Part shown: in pieces, positions 30,280 through 39,625 of the stretch
Layout: each line of letters opens with the position of its first letter
Position numbering within the stretch: the stretch's first letter is position 1
Origin: Burkholderiales bacterium
GTDB taxonomy: Bacteria; Pseudomonadota; Gammaproteobacteria; Burkholderiales; UBA11063
DNA length: 64,000 nt
Assembly (NCBI GenBank): GCA_018061465.1
Contig: JAGOUD010000001.1
Coordinates: 15,826-79,825 of the forward strand
Direction of reading: 5' to 3'
Position numbers and translations under genes: made by a program
The notes under the pieces: generated by a model
The model's database searches: none
The model's input: only the letters and a program-made list of their open reading frames with translations
Told to the model about the DNA's origin: nothing

Positions 30280-31857
30280 ATGGCTAATAAGTTAGTACCA
30301 AATTTGGGTTATCAAATTAAACAGTTTTTGAGAATTATACCAGCAATATGTATAGTGGCAGCTTGTGGAGGAGGTGGCGGTGGTGGTTCTAGCAGTGGAG
30401 GGGATAGTACTAATGATTCTACTTCAAAGACGGATTTAGTGCCTCTGCATATTGATATGTTAGATTTGAATAATAATAAGTTATCTTATGTAGATATTTC
30501 TACAATTGGTAGCCATACCCTATATAAACTAAAATTCACTAATCCCAATAATGTTGCAGTTACTATTCCTAGTTATAATTTACCAGCTATGTCAACGGCA
30601 TATGTTAATGTAGGGTTTGTTGACCAAAATTGGCGATATGCACAAAAAGCAGTCTACGGAAATGAGTATGAATATAACTATAATCCAGGAATCGGGTTAA
30701 TTAGCTCACTTTTTACTAAAAATAGTAATCCAGATAATTGTTTTAATATGAGTTCTATTCCGGCAAACGGCAGTTGTTCTTTTTATACTTATGCATTTAA
30801 CCCTGGAGGCAATTATACAAATAACACAACTTTCAGTTATCCGCTAGCTTACTTTATTCAAAGTGTAGATCATAACTCCTACTTAACTGTGCAACAATGC
30901 ACCTATTTGGTTGCAACTGACTCTAAGGGGTATGATTGTAGTAATGAATCAGCTCCAGGTTATGCTAAGCAGTTCATAACTTATAAAGTGAATACCATTA
31001 ATGGAAATAGCAATCTCTCAGTAACGCACCCAAATTTTGGTTATGCAATAAGTACAGATGGTAAGTGGGTATATAACTGCAGTAGTGCTATCTTATGCAA
31101 TAAATATGCTCTCACCTATGATAATAGCAGTAATTCCCTGAATCAGGAAACTACTGTCACTGAAACTTTTACTTTAGCTTCTCTAGGGAGCACCTATGTA
31201 GATGTGGTATATCCATCATTAGATGGTAGCCAAGCTTGGATTAGCACTTATAATATGCATGACGGATATACTTTGATTAATACTGAATCACCAGATATAG
31301 TACTAACAGATTATTGTGCTGGGGGGAATCCGTGTGTGCCCCATATAAATGGATATGCGCTTACTGATATCGTACCTGGCAAGCGAGGTTTAGATAATAG
31401 CATGTGGTGGAATACCAATGGTTCAGGGGCGGATATATATGTTCCTGCCTTACATACTTTTGTAGCTACCAATATTCCTTATGTATGGGCTGTTAATAGT
31501 GATGGTACGGTAATTGCAGGTAATAAATGCTATCGTCCTGGTTCTTCTAGTTATACTTCCTACGCTAGCCAGCCGTTATTAAACTATGTAGGGTCGTCTA
31601 TTGATTATGATTACATAACTTCTAATTCATATAATTATGTGGCTATGGATGTACCAGAACTATTTAATGCAGATGGCAGTAGTGCTATTTTAAAGGCTTA
31701 TTACAAAGTTCATACGGAAAACGGTTTGTGTGAAGTAGAAAGCGATGATTATGTAACCAATTTTACCACCAATAAAATTGAATATGGGCTTGATTGGAAT
31801 AATGGTGGAGCATATGCCAAGGTAGCCCCAATTTCAAGTTTTTATTTAGGTAAATAA
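30280..31857 (+). CDS. Cys-rich surface lipoprotein inserted in the pilV array
   Basis: Lipobox VAAC followed by GGGGGGGSSSGG tether; no prepilin motif; abuts the next gene with no gap. Confidence 0.7.
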   Translation: MANKLVPNLGYQIKQFLRIIPAICIVAACGGGGGGGSSSGGDSTNDSTSKTDLVPLHIDMLDLNNNKLSYVDISTIGSHTLYKLKFTNPNNVAVTIPSYNLPAMSTAYVNVGFVDQNWRYAQKAVYGNEYEYNYNPGIGLISSLFTKNSNPDNCFNMSSIPANGSCSFYTYAFNPGGNYTNNTTFSYPLAYFIQSVDHNSYLTVQQCTYLVATDSKGYDCSNESAPGYAKQFITYKVNTINGNSNLSVTHPNFGYAISTDGKWVYNCSSAILCNKYALTYDNSSNSLNQETTVTETFTLASLGSTYVDVVYPSLDGSQAWISTYNMHDGYTLINTESPDIVLTDYCAGGNPCVPHINGYALTDIVPGKRGLDNSMWWNTNGSGADIYVPALHTFVATNIPYVWAVNSDGTVIAGNKCYRPGSSSYTSYASQPLLNYVGSSIDYDYITSNSYNYVAMDVPELFNADGSSAILKAYYKVHTENGLCEVESDDYVTNFTTNKIEYGLDWNNGGAYAKVAPISSFYLGK

Positions 31858-33603
31858 ATGAAGTATAGCCAAGCTACTGCCAGTACTCGACAATTGTTGA
31901 AGCCAAGCTCATTAGCTAAACAGTATGGGTTTAATCTGGTGGAAGCTACGCTAACTCTAGCCTTACTGGCTGCTTTTATCGCGTCATTAGCAATGTTCAA
32001 TGCAAGCAATATGCGTAAAAAAGATGCTAGAGTTTTAGCATCCCAAACCGAAGCATTTGCACTTGAATTTACCAAATATATGTATACCCAAAGAGACCAG
32101 ATTACAAGTGAAGCTAGTTCTAAGCCAGTTACCTTATCGCCTGCCATACTTAAAGCTAATTGGCCAGCAAATTTAGCCGCTACTAATTTTCTTGGACAAA
32201 CTCCATGCGTAACTATTGCAAGTAATCCAGTTACCCATAATGTAGAAGCTATTTTATATTATGTTGGCGGAAAAACTAATTTTACTGATAATCAGCTTGA
32301 GATTATACGTAAGAGTGCAGTATTTTTAGGCAGCAAAGGAGGTGTTTTAATTAATGGAGCAATTTCAGGTAATTCTGGATGGTCAGTAAATGCCACTTCA
32401 CCGCTTTTAAGTAGCACAAATGAATGTGGAGCTAAATTAAGTAATAGTAGTCTAGTAATTAATCTTGATCTATTACCACAATGGAATCTAAACCTTTATT
32501 CCCCAACTTCGATATTACGTGCTCCTGATAAGTATTCTGGACTATTATCCTTGCCAGGACATATTAAAAACTCTAATACTTCCAAATCTAATATATATAT
32601 GAGTAATGATAAAGGTATAGTTTTAGATAACTCAGATTCTAATAATCTTACTAAATTATCGGTTTTATATAAAGGGCAAGGAACTAAAACTCCAACGTTA
32701 GGCTTTGGGGATAAAATTCCTACCACATTAATTGGAGATACTTTTAAAACTAACATTCAATTTAAGTCCGGAGAATTATGTAATGTGGATGAAGCCGGAA
32801 AAGTTGTAGCAGACCAGGGGCTAGATACTAAAACCAATTCTTATCTGGTTAGGAGTACTTTAGTGTGTACTCAAAATGATATGTTATGCGGGCGGGGAAA
32901 TTATTGTTATCTATCTACAGTTACCAATAATATAGTATTTCAAAATAATTTACAGGGAATTCAGGATGTAAATGGTAGGTTTATTTGCCCAGCTGAAATA
33001 CCTTATGCGACCAATGTGGTAGTAGGAACTCCCGGAGGTAATGTATATGTGATGTTAAATCAAGGTGGAAGTAAAATTACCAGCACCATTAATACCCTAC
33101 AAGAGTACCCATCAGGTGGTACTACTGTGCAGCAATTTCCATGCGTTAATTGTAACCCAACATTGCTAACTGATTTTACTAATTCACGTGATAAAAATAA
33201 GTTATTGGGGGTGGATTTAGCTACTATTTCAGGTGCAGCTATAAGTACACTTAGCTTAGCCCCGCCTAGTGCAGAACCAGTTGTCAGTTCTCTTGGTTCA
33301 TATTCTACGGTTGTAGGTTATAGTATACCTGTTGTAGAATCTTCGGTTATATGCAGTAATGCATGCAGTGCATTACATAATAGCTTAGGGCATATCTGGC
33401 AGAATTTAGGGATACAACGGTTTCTCCGTACACATGAATCAATGAATATAGTAAATGCTGCAAATGGATGTATTTGTGAAAGAACTGATTTTAGTGGTCA
33501 TGAAGATAATCATACTGGAATAGCAGCAGTCATTGGTAACTTAACCCCAATTATAACTACTGTTACTTGTTCTAATGCTCCTATATATAAAAGTTCAAAT
33601 TAA
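31858..33603 (+). CDS. pilV: PilV-like minor pilin/adhesin 3
   Basis: KQYG|FNLVEATLTL; TEAFALEFTKYM, GQTPCVTI..VEAILYY; FKSGELCNVDEAGK...STLVC...NYCYL; unique tail. Confidence 0.8.
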   Translation: MKYSQATASTRQLLKPSSLAKQYGFNLVEATLTLALLAAFIASLAMFNASNMRKKDARVLASQTEAFALEFTKYMYTQRDQITSEASSKPVTLSPAILKANWPANLAATNFLGQTPCVTIASNPVTHNVEAILYYVGGKTNFTDNQLEIIRKSAVFLGSKGGVLINGAISGNSGWSVNATSPLLSSTNECGAKLSNSSLVINLDLLPQWNLNLYSPTSILRAPDKYSGLLSLPGHIKNSNTSKSNIYMSNDKGIVLDNSDSNNLTKLSVLYKGQGTKTPTLGFGDKIPTTLIGDTFKTNIQFKSGELCNVDEAGKVVADQGLDTKTNSYLVRSTLVCTQNDMLCGRGNYCYLSTVTNNIVFQNNLQGIQDVNGRFICPAEIPYATNVVVGTPGGNVYVMLNQGGSKITSTINTLQEYPSGGTTVQQFPCVNCNPTLLTDFTNSRDKNKLLGVDLATISGAAISTLSLAPPSAEPVVSSLGSYSTVVGYSIPVVESSVICSNACSALHNSLGHIWQNLGIQRFLRTHESMNIVNAANGCICERTDFSGHEDNHTGIAAVIGNLTPIITTVTCSNAPIYKSSN

Positions 33604-34165
33604 GGAACAGTACAGGTCTAGTATAATATAAAACTAGTACATAAGCTATAATTTAAAGGGTAAGATACTAGTTTGACGAGTAAATTATGTGAGATAAAAA
33701 TCTGAAAACTTATGAGCATAAAATTACTACGACAGGTTCCAAGCAGGGTAACCGCATATTAAATGTGTCCCCATATATTGATAATTATTATGGGGATTAA
33801 CACAATAACAATGTACCTAATACATCTGGGTTACTGCGCGAGTTTGGACTGCCATACTCCAATTCACAATCATATACCGAACTATCAAATACGCCTCCTA
33901 GTTTTAAAAATTCAATAAAAATTTTATTAGTAGTAATAAAAAAGTTAAATCTAGAAATATTATTAAAAATAATTTTCTTATTATATCAATAACTTAGGTT
34001 GCAGACCCGGATTTTTGATTGCATTCCAGTAATCAGTCAATAGGGGGCGTATAATGCTAGAGTATTACGTACAGTTGTACTAGAATCTAACAGGGTAGTT
34101 CCGCTGGTCTACTCACCTGCAGATCTGCTCAACTCAATAGGTTAGCTCTATATGTTTATTAATTT

Positions 34166-35236
34166 TTATAATGTTTGTTTTGGCGGGCGATGTCCATAGC
34201 CACCTAATTGTGGAAATAAAAATAAAATTGCAATCCCCATAGTAATTAAGCCTATAGTTCCTGTCATTAAACTTGCCACATGTACTGAAAATAAACGACC
34301 GCACAAAACACAAATTCCACCGCCAACTCCAATAAAAAGTTCTTTAATAAATAAACTGTTCATTTTAACTCCAGCTACATCTAAATAGCTTACAGCGCAT
34401 TCAACCAAAGATAACAGAATGACCCACACGCATAAAATAATGATATTGGTAAATATTGGTAAATAAAGTGCAGTTATTAATAGCATACCAGAACCCATAA
34501 TAGTAAAGGTAATTTTTAATGGCCCATTATTTGTGGCAGACCTAGTAATTAATTGCATAATAGGTAACTGTAAAAATATAATTACTAACCCATTTATGGT
34601 GATTAAAAAACCATACCATGTGGGGAGTATTTTTAATTGAGAAAGTAAGTATTGTGGTAGCAGAGAATATAAACTGTACATTTTAATTCCAATTGAAATA
34701 CCTAAAAATATCCAGCCTAAAATAATCCTTGGGTCTCTTGAAAATTTATTATTCTGGATAGTATGTATACTATGTTTTGTTCTATTAATTGTTAATAGGA
34801 TGATAAATACAAATATAATTATACTAATAAGAAGAAATGCTGTTTGATTTTTTATTGAAAAATATAAAAAGAGTCCAGATAATACTGAGCCTATATTTAC
34901 TGCAATTTTATTGTAGGCAGCTCCTGATGGAGTTTCTGCTGCCTCAAAGCGAATCAAATACCCAGAAATACTAATACCAATACTAATAAAAATTATTGCT
35001 AATAACCTGATATCCGTATTAGAAAAAAATAGTAAGCACAGTCCTATTGTTGCTATAGAAATTGATATACTCAAAGATTGTTTTTTTGCTGTTAGAATAA
35101 GTAATGGAGTTGCAACCATAAAAAATCTACTACCAAATACTAGTAATGTGTTGTCTATTGGTGTTAACCATATGTTTGCTTGAGCAATTAATGTATATAG
35201 GCAAAAGGAAATAAAAAATCTAGTAATGAATATCAT
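34166..35236 (-). CDS. MFS-type transporter (probable exporter, last gene of the biosynthetic operon)
   Basis: About 11-12 hydrophobic helices; AYNKIAVNIGSVLSG and LITINGLVIIFLQLPI MFS patterns. Confidence 0.8.
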   Translation of the reverse strand: MIFITRFFISFCLYTLIAQANIWLTPIDNTLLVFGSRFFMVATPLLILTAKKQSLSISISIATIGLCLLFFSNTDIRLLAIIFISIGISISGYLIRFEAAETPSGAAYNKIAVNIGSVLSGLFLYFSIKNQTAFLLISIIIFVFIILLTINRTKHSIHTIQNNKFSRDPRIILGWIFLGISIGIKMYSLYSLLPQYLLSQLKILPTWYGFLITINGLVIIFLQLPIMQLITRSATNNGPLKITFTIMGSGMLLITALYLPIFTNIIILCVWVILLSLVECAVSYLDVAGVKMNSLFIKELFIGVGGGICVLCGRLFSVHVASLMTGTIGLITMGIAILFLFPQLGGYGHRPPKQTL

Positions 35237-35259
35237 AAGTATATCTTTTCATAGGAATT

Positions 35260-36408
35260 TTAATTATAATTAATAACATTAGTTTGTTCAGATATTTTGA
35301 CTCCAAATATTTGCATATATTCAAATAGAACTTTGATATTATCTTGAGTAAAAAGATGTTCTGGATAAATAATACCGTGTAACATATGATTATTTTTTAA
35401 TAAAAGAAATAATATGGGTAAGCAGGTAGCTAATGCCATAGAGTTAATACATGGCGTCAGATCAAAAAATTTAATTTTTAATTTTATATTTATCTTATCT
35501 CTATCTTTTAATCCCGTTAATTCAAAGTTAAGAATTGTAATACTTTTTTCATATGCCGGCTTGAAGGTGAATGATTCATATGAAAGTGATTCAAGCAATT
35601 TTTTTGCTGAATAGTTTTTATCTATATTAAGGGGTAATTCATCTAGCATTCCTGCTTTTTGTAATAGATTGACAATATTTGCATAACCAGACCAGCGTAT
35701 TGTACGTTGGTCTACATTAACATTACTTTTTATTAATTTTGGGTTAGTGCTAAGTCTTATTTGCATTCCATCGTGCCAAGTTTCAACTATACCAATGTCG
35801 GGTTCTTCATGTACTTTAATTTCAGAGAATCTGGGGACTGTTATTAATTTACCATTACGTATACAAAAACAACTTTTTTGAGCAAATGGAAGATAAGAGC
35901 TGCCAAATAACCTTTTATAGCCTAAAAGATTATTTGGTTTTGGCAATACTAACCCGCCGCACTCTATATTTAAGGTATGTACCGAATCAACTTTATTCAA
36001 TAAATAATAACTTAATATCTCTGTTAATCCGGGTTCTAAACCATATGCAAATATAAATTCTATTTGATTATCTGCAATAATTTTAGTTAAATCTTCAAGG
36101 TCATCATTGTTTGGTCTACAAATGCTGATGAAAGTTTTACAATTTTCTATATTGTTATCTTGTAGACAAATACATTTAACAATATTTTTAGTAGCTTCCC
36201 ATGATGCACAACAAATTACAGTATTGTTAAATGTGAGGGAACTATAGTTATTATTATATACTATTTCAACATTTGAAAAATAGGATAATTCACTTAAATT
36301 AGCAATGTTTATATCAAATACCCTAATTTGTGTATTTGATAAGTAAGTAGCTATTAACCTAACTAGAGCACAACCAATAGAACCACAACCAATAATATCA
36401 ATATTCAT
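35260..36408 (-). CDS. Saccharopine/lysine dehydrogenase-like NAD-dependent oxidoreductase (ForL/PyrL-like)
   Basis: Rossmann IIGCGSIG; YGLEPGLTE, IECGGL..PKP, IRNGKLITVPRFSE, RTIRWSGY. Confidence 0.8.
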   Translation of the reverse strand: MNIDIIGCGSIGCALVRLIATYLSNTQIRVFDINIANLSELSYFSNVEIVYNNNYSSLTFNNTVICCASWEATKNIVKCICLQDNNIENCKTFISICRPNNDDLEDLTKIIADNQIEFIFAYGLEPGLTEILSYYLLNKVDSVHTLNIECGGLVLPKPNNLLGYKRLFGSSYLPFAQKSCFCIRNGKLITVPRFSEIKVHEEPDIGIVETWHDGMQIRLSTNPKLIKSNVNVDQRTIRWSGYANIVNLLQKAGMLDELPLNIDKNYSAKKLLESLSYESFTFKPAYEKSITILNFELTGLKDRDKINIKLKIKFFDLTPCINSMALATCLPILFLLLKNNHMLHGIIYPEHLFTQDNIKVLFEYMQIFGVKISEQTNVINYN

Positions 36409-36466
36409 AGTAAAGTAATCTTTTAACCTAGAAAATCACTAAATATACTAACTGCTTTTTCTAGAT

Positions 36467-37702
36467 TTAATTAAAAACAGGTGTTAATGTTTGAGATATC
36501 CATTCTAAATGTTTAATAAGCTGATCATGGGAGGGCGCTGTGCTAATTACTCCAAGTAATCTTTGTTTCCTAAAATCTTTCGGGGGTAATTCAATATGAG
36601 TGCCTATTGGAGTTTCTGTAATTACATGTGAAACCCATGGATGATTGAGAATGTTGTCCATATTATTATATCCCTTTAATAACCCTTCTTGATTAGCAAG
36701 TATAAAAACTTCGCCAGCAACTTTATTAGGTGTTAGGACTGGGTCTGGTTCTTGACCAAGAGTGATTTTTATTAGATTTTTATAAAGGTTATATCCTGTT
36801 GCGAGCGGTACTAAATGAGAATTAATATGACAACCTCCTGGACGGGCAGCAATTTCTATCAAAGAAAATTCTTGTTTTTTATATTTTCCTTCTAAATGAA
36901 AAGAAGTATTATTTAATCCTAACGCTAAAATATATGCAGTAGTTTTTTCTTCGATCATATTTTTTGTTTCTGTATCTAAATTTGCTGGGAAAATATGACA
37001 AGTTTCTAGTTTAAACGGATGTGAGGTAACTTTATGGGTGATTCCAATAATAGTAACTTTATGATCATATACAAGCCCCTCAACACTTACTTCTTGTCCC
37101 TCAATATACTTCTCAATTACAAATGTTAATTGCTTTTGAGAGATAGTTGGGTCATAAATAGGGTTTGCAATTGAAGCTCGACTTTTATAATAAGTTTCTA
37201 AATCTTTTTCATCATTAATCATATAAATTCCAGTACTACCAGAAGTGTTAATTGGTTTTATAATTACCGGTAATCCAAATTCTTGTATAAATGAATCAAT
37301 ATCTGTATCCTTTTGAATAATTCTAGTTGGTAATTTATCAATATGAAATGTACGCTTCCTTAATTCATCCTTGTTTCGAACAAATTTAATGGATTCAATG
37401 GGTAGTCCTGGTAAATTTAATTTATGTGCTATAATAGCACTAGACTCTACAGCAGTTTCAGTAAAACATACTACACTTGTTATCACTATATCTGATTTTA
37501 TATTATTAATAGTGAGTAGTAGGTCATCTAAATTATTAGTTTTACATAGCATAAATCTATCAACATGTGCAGATAACGTTTCAGGAAGTTGAGTATCTCC
37601 AATTACTAAAACTTTATATCCTAGATAGTGAGTGGCCTCAAAGGTACAAATACTCTCCCTGATTAAACGGCGAAAATTAATAAATAGTATATATTTATCC
37701 AT
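36467..37702 (-). CDS. ATP-grasp amino-acid ligase (ForM-like position)
   Basis: RNKDELR, PVIIKPINTSGSTGI, EKYIEGQEVSVEG, FHLEGK, LIEIAARPGG. Confidence 0.9.
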   Translation of the reverse strand: MDKYILFINFRRLIRESICTFEATHYLGYKVLVIGDTQLPETLSAHVDRFMLCKTNNLDDLLLTINNIKSDIVITSVVCFTETAVESSAIIAHKLNLPGLPIESIKFVRNKDELRKRTFHIDKLPTRIIQKDTDIDSFIQEFGLPVIIKPINTSGSTGIYMINDEKDLETYYKSRASIANPIYDPTISQKQLTFVIEKYIEGQEVSVEGLVYDHKVTIIGITHKVTSHPFKLETCHIFPANLDTETKNMIEEKTTAYILALGLNNTSFHLEGKYKKQEFSLIEIAARPGGCHINSHLVPLATGYNLYKNLIKITLGQEPDPVLTPNKVAGEVFILANQEGLLKGYNNMDNILNHPWVSHVITETPIGTHIELPPKDFRKQRLLGVISTAPSHDQLIKHLEWISQTLTPVFN

Positions 37703-37723
37703 ATTATTATCCTTAAAAAAATA

Positions 37724-38320
37724 TCAAATGATCTTACATGCATTGTAGTTTAGAGAAACTTGGGGTTTCACCCATTCTAACATATTTTTTAATCGTGGTA
37801 TGCTGGTTTGAGAATTATCATTCAGCATACATAAAATTTGCTGTGTGAGATTGGGCATTATTGGCCATAAAGCCACTGCAAGAGCTTTTAGTCCAAGTAG
37901 ACTGATAGATATTGTCGTGCGATCTACATTATAGTTATTAGAGTTTTGTGTTAGCATATCGGAAAACACGTATACTTCTTCTAATAAATAACTATTTAAT
38001 CTTACAATGTTACTTGAGTCAAAATTTTCGATGTTAAATGCATGTGTAGATTTTTCATAAAAGTTTTGGAGCTGCTGGTAAAAACTCTGGTGTTCTTTTT
38101 GCCAAATTCCAGACTCTGGAACTATACCAGAAAAATTTATATCCAAAAAATTTTTAATCCTTTTGAGTATTACCACTAATTTATCATGCCTATTATTTAT
38201 CCATTGATACATTTCTGATAATACGAAATTACGGTTTAAAATGGTGGATTTTTGACTAACCAAATATAATCTTAGCCAGTCTGAATCCAAGGTCTTTATG
38301 ATATCTTTAGCGTAAAGCAC
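37724..38320 (-). CDS. C-terminal part of cupin/MetRS-like hydrazine synthetase (anticodon-binding-like domain)
   Basis: Upstream in the same frame to 38380: FFGNEFYLLDGSKFSTSRRHVLYAKD (KMSKS-equivalent KFSTSR); DWLRLYL; LAVALWPIMPNL. Confidence 0.8.
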   Translation of the reverse strand: MLYAKDIIKTLDSDWLRLYLVSQKSTILNRNFVLSEMYQWINNRHDKLVVILKRIKNFLDINFSGIVPESGIWQKEHQSFYQQLQNFYEKSTHAFNIENFDSSNIVRLNSYLLEEVYVFSDMLTQNSNNYNVDRTTISISLLGLKALAVALWPIMPNLTQQILCMLNDNSQTSIPRLKNMLEWVKPQVSLNYNACKII

Positions 38321-38352
38321 GTGCCTACGGGATGTAGAAAATTTACTTCCAT

Positions 38353-39609
38353 CTAAGAGATAAAATTCATTGCCAAAAAAGCGTTACATTCCACATGCTT
38401 AATATTTGATAATTTCAGCAAAATGGGAAAAATTATGCATCTCAAATAACTGTTATCATAACCAAAAAATAGATTTAACGAAAATTTCGATTTTTTATCA
38501 AATTTGTGCTTTTCTTGTAAATCGTTAAATGCTGTTAAAAACCTAGGTATAAGCTCAACTGCAGAATATATTTTTTGATCTTGAAATCCATTAATATTTA
38601 CCGAGATACCAATATCAGAATATATACTTATAGGAATTTCTGGTAATGGCTTTAATAAGATTCTATTTATAAAATTAGCAGTATTTCCTCTATAACAGCC
38701 TTGCATCAATAAGTGTTGAATAGTATGACGATATTTATCTAGAGGAATAAATAGTCTAGATAGAGGCTTCATTATTGTTGGGTGATTGCACAGTGTACAT
38801 ATGGGGTTAATTAATAAATGATCTGGAATAAACTCAGCACAATTTTCACACTCAGAACTAACTTTATTATTGCAATATGGGCAAACCCCTGTTACATTTG
38901 CCTCAAATACATATCCATGTCCATATTCACAGTATGGAACCATAGTTGTACGTTCTATAAGACAATTTTGTTGATATAAATTAGTTATAAATTGAGCTGC
39001 TGATGTTTTAAAATAATTAGCTTTTGATAAAGTAGTGAATGTGTCATATTCTACTGATAATAAGTCATAGTTTTCTAAAAAATCTTCGGAATATTTAAAT
39101 GCTGTATCCGTATAATTAAGTCCAATAGCTTTGGCAGCGTGAGCAACATGAGTTTGATAACCGATAGTTCCACACAGATGATATGTTTTAGAATTTCCTA
39201 ATGATTTTTGTGCTCGTGCTAATACATCTGCATTCAAAACAGGTCCAGCCAAATGACCTAGGTGCATTTTGCCATTGGGAGTAGTAAAGCTTGGTAATAT
39301 AATGTTTATTGCCAACTTATCAATAGTAAATGATTCTTGTTCAGCATGTATATTATCTTGCCACCATATATTACCAATTTTTAATGGCTCACTTCCAATA
39401 TTTTTGATCATATGTGATTTAAAGGGAGGTAAGTTAACTATATCATATTGTTTAATGGTTTGATCATCTCCATCAGAATACAAGCAGCCTGTACCATGGA
39501 AAACAATTAAAATTTCATGATCTATATGGTTTTGCCATTTTGTAGATTGATTAGGCATTATATTAAAGTGAGATATATTGATTTTATTATAAGTAGTATT
39601 TTTACTCAT
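38353..39609 (-). CDS. N-terminal part of cupin/MetRS-like hydrazine synthetase (N-N bond-forming enzyme)
   Basis: Cupin H28-x3-E32...H66 (QNHIDHE...LPPFKSHMIKN..EPL..IWW) fused to class I aaRS PNGKMHLGHLAGP (HIGH) and CPYC/CENC/CTLC zinc knuckle; stops early at a T6 run. Confidence 0.85.
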   Translation of the reverse strand: MSKNTTYNKINISHFNIMPNQSTKWQNHIDHEILIVFHGTGCLYSDGDDQTIKQYDIVNLPPFKSHMIKNIGSEPLKIGNIWWQDNIHAEQESFTIDKLAINIILPSFTTPNGKMHLGHLAGPVLNADVLARAQKSLGNSKTYHLCGTIGYQTHVAHAAKAIGLNYTDTAFKYSEDFLENYDLLSVEYDTFTTLSKANYFKTSAAQFITNLYQQNCLIERTTMVPYCEYGHGYVFEANVTGVCPYCNNKVSSECENCAEFIPDHLLINPICTLCNHPTIMKPLSRLFIPLDKYRHTIQHLLMQGCYRGNTANFINRILLKPLPEIPISIYSDIGISVNINGFQDQKIYSAVELIPRFLTAFNDLQEKHKFDKKSKFSLNLFFGYDNSYLRCIIFPILLKLSNIKHVECNAFLAMNFIS

Positions 39610-39625
39610 TTACCATCCTGTATTA

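Noticed and set aside
26132-34100. Classical shufflon
   Set aside because: Each pilV has its own N-terminus, all on one strand; no inverted 3' cassettes, sfx repeats or Rci recombinase seen in the window
37724-39609. Housekeeping or antibiotic-resistant methionyl-tRNA synthetase (metG)
   Set aside because: N-terminal cupin fusion, KFSTSR in place of KMSKS, and operon context with N-hydroxylase and ATP-grasp fit hydrazine synthetases
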